A stretch of 36,459 nt of DNA, taken from assembly GCF_006345805.1 (NCBI RefSeq), contig NW_021835856.1:1-36459 (forward strand). Direction: 5' to 3'. The notes below the pieces were generated by a model. That model saw only the letters and a program-made list of their open reading frames with translations, had not been told where the DNA came from and made no database searches. Source of the DNA: Octopus sinensis. Taxonomy: Eukaryota. Shown here piece by piece: positions 35,775 to 36,459 of this stretch (position 1 is its first letter; every line of letters begins with the position of its first letter). A program made the translations under genes and the position numbers.

Positions 35775-36186
35775 CTTTTTGTCTCTTTACTTGTTTCAGT
35801 CGTGTGACAGTGGCCATGCTAGAGCGCCGCCTTTAGTCGAGCAAATCGACCCCAGGACTTATTCTTTGTAAGCCTAGTACTTATTCTATCGGTCTCTTTT
35901 GCCGAACCGCTAAGTTACGGGGACGTAAACACACCAGCATCGGTGGTCAAGCGATGTTGGTGGGGGGACAAACACAGACACACAAACATACACACACACA
36001 CACATACATATATATATACATATATATATGACGGGTTCCTTTCAGTTTCCGTCTGCCAAATCCATTCAAAAAGGCTCGGGTCGGCCCGAGGCTATAGTAG
36101 AAGACACTTGCCCAAAGTGTCACGCAATGGGACTGAACCCACAACCATGTGGTTTGTGAGCAAGCTACTTACCACACAGCCACTCC
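35775..36186 (-). mobile_element. SINE family A, full length; another diverged - copy lies at ~36235-36440
   Basis: Reverse complement of 35127-35530. Confidence 0.92.
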
Positions 36187-36459
36187 TACTCCTATGAAGA
36201 AAGTATGTCCTTTCTTTTTCTTATTAATTGTCCACTCATTAGATTGCTGCCATGCAGGGGCATCATCTTGGAGAAATTTTACTCAAATATATCAACACCA
36301 CTACTATTTTTTGAAAGCACAGTACTTATTCTATCAGTCCCTTTTGCCAAACTGCTAAGTTATGAGAATGTCAATACGCCAACTCCAGTTGTCAAGCAGT
36401 TGGTTGGGGCTACAACTACAGACATAAAAATACACAAGCAAAGATATAGATATACATAT

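Overview
AT-rich, microsatellite- and transposon-dense eukaryotic DNA; the SINE families and (TA)n/(CATA)n density suggest an octopus genome (inference from recall, not a search). One real gene: a divergent EXTL3-like (exostosin, GT47+GT64) glycosyltransferase on +. It has a large first coding exon (26596-27859), a 36-nt microexon (28633-28668) and a third exon (35605-35759), and continues past the window. Fragments of an older duplicate lie upstream. TEs include tRNA-derived SINEs, a Naiad-like Penelope remnant, a 5'-inverted RTE LINE, an L1/Tx1 fragment, non-autonomous Helitrons, an IR/DR Tc1 and a rearranged mariner. The most notable hidden structure is a set of short non-coding elements next to (TA)n. 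They carry type I hammerhead ribozyme motifs with palindromic stem III (at least five, including core variants) and a shared downstream motif, and many occur as long fold-back palindromes. Most ORFs in the supplied track are microsatellite or SINE artefacts.
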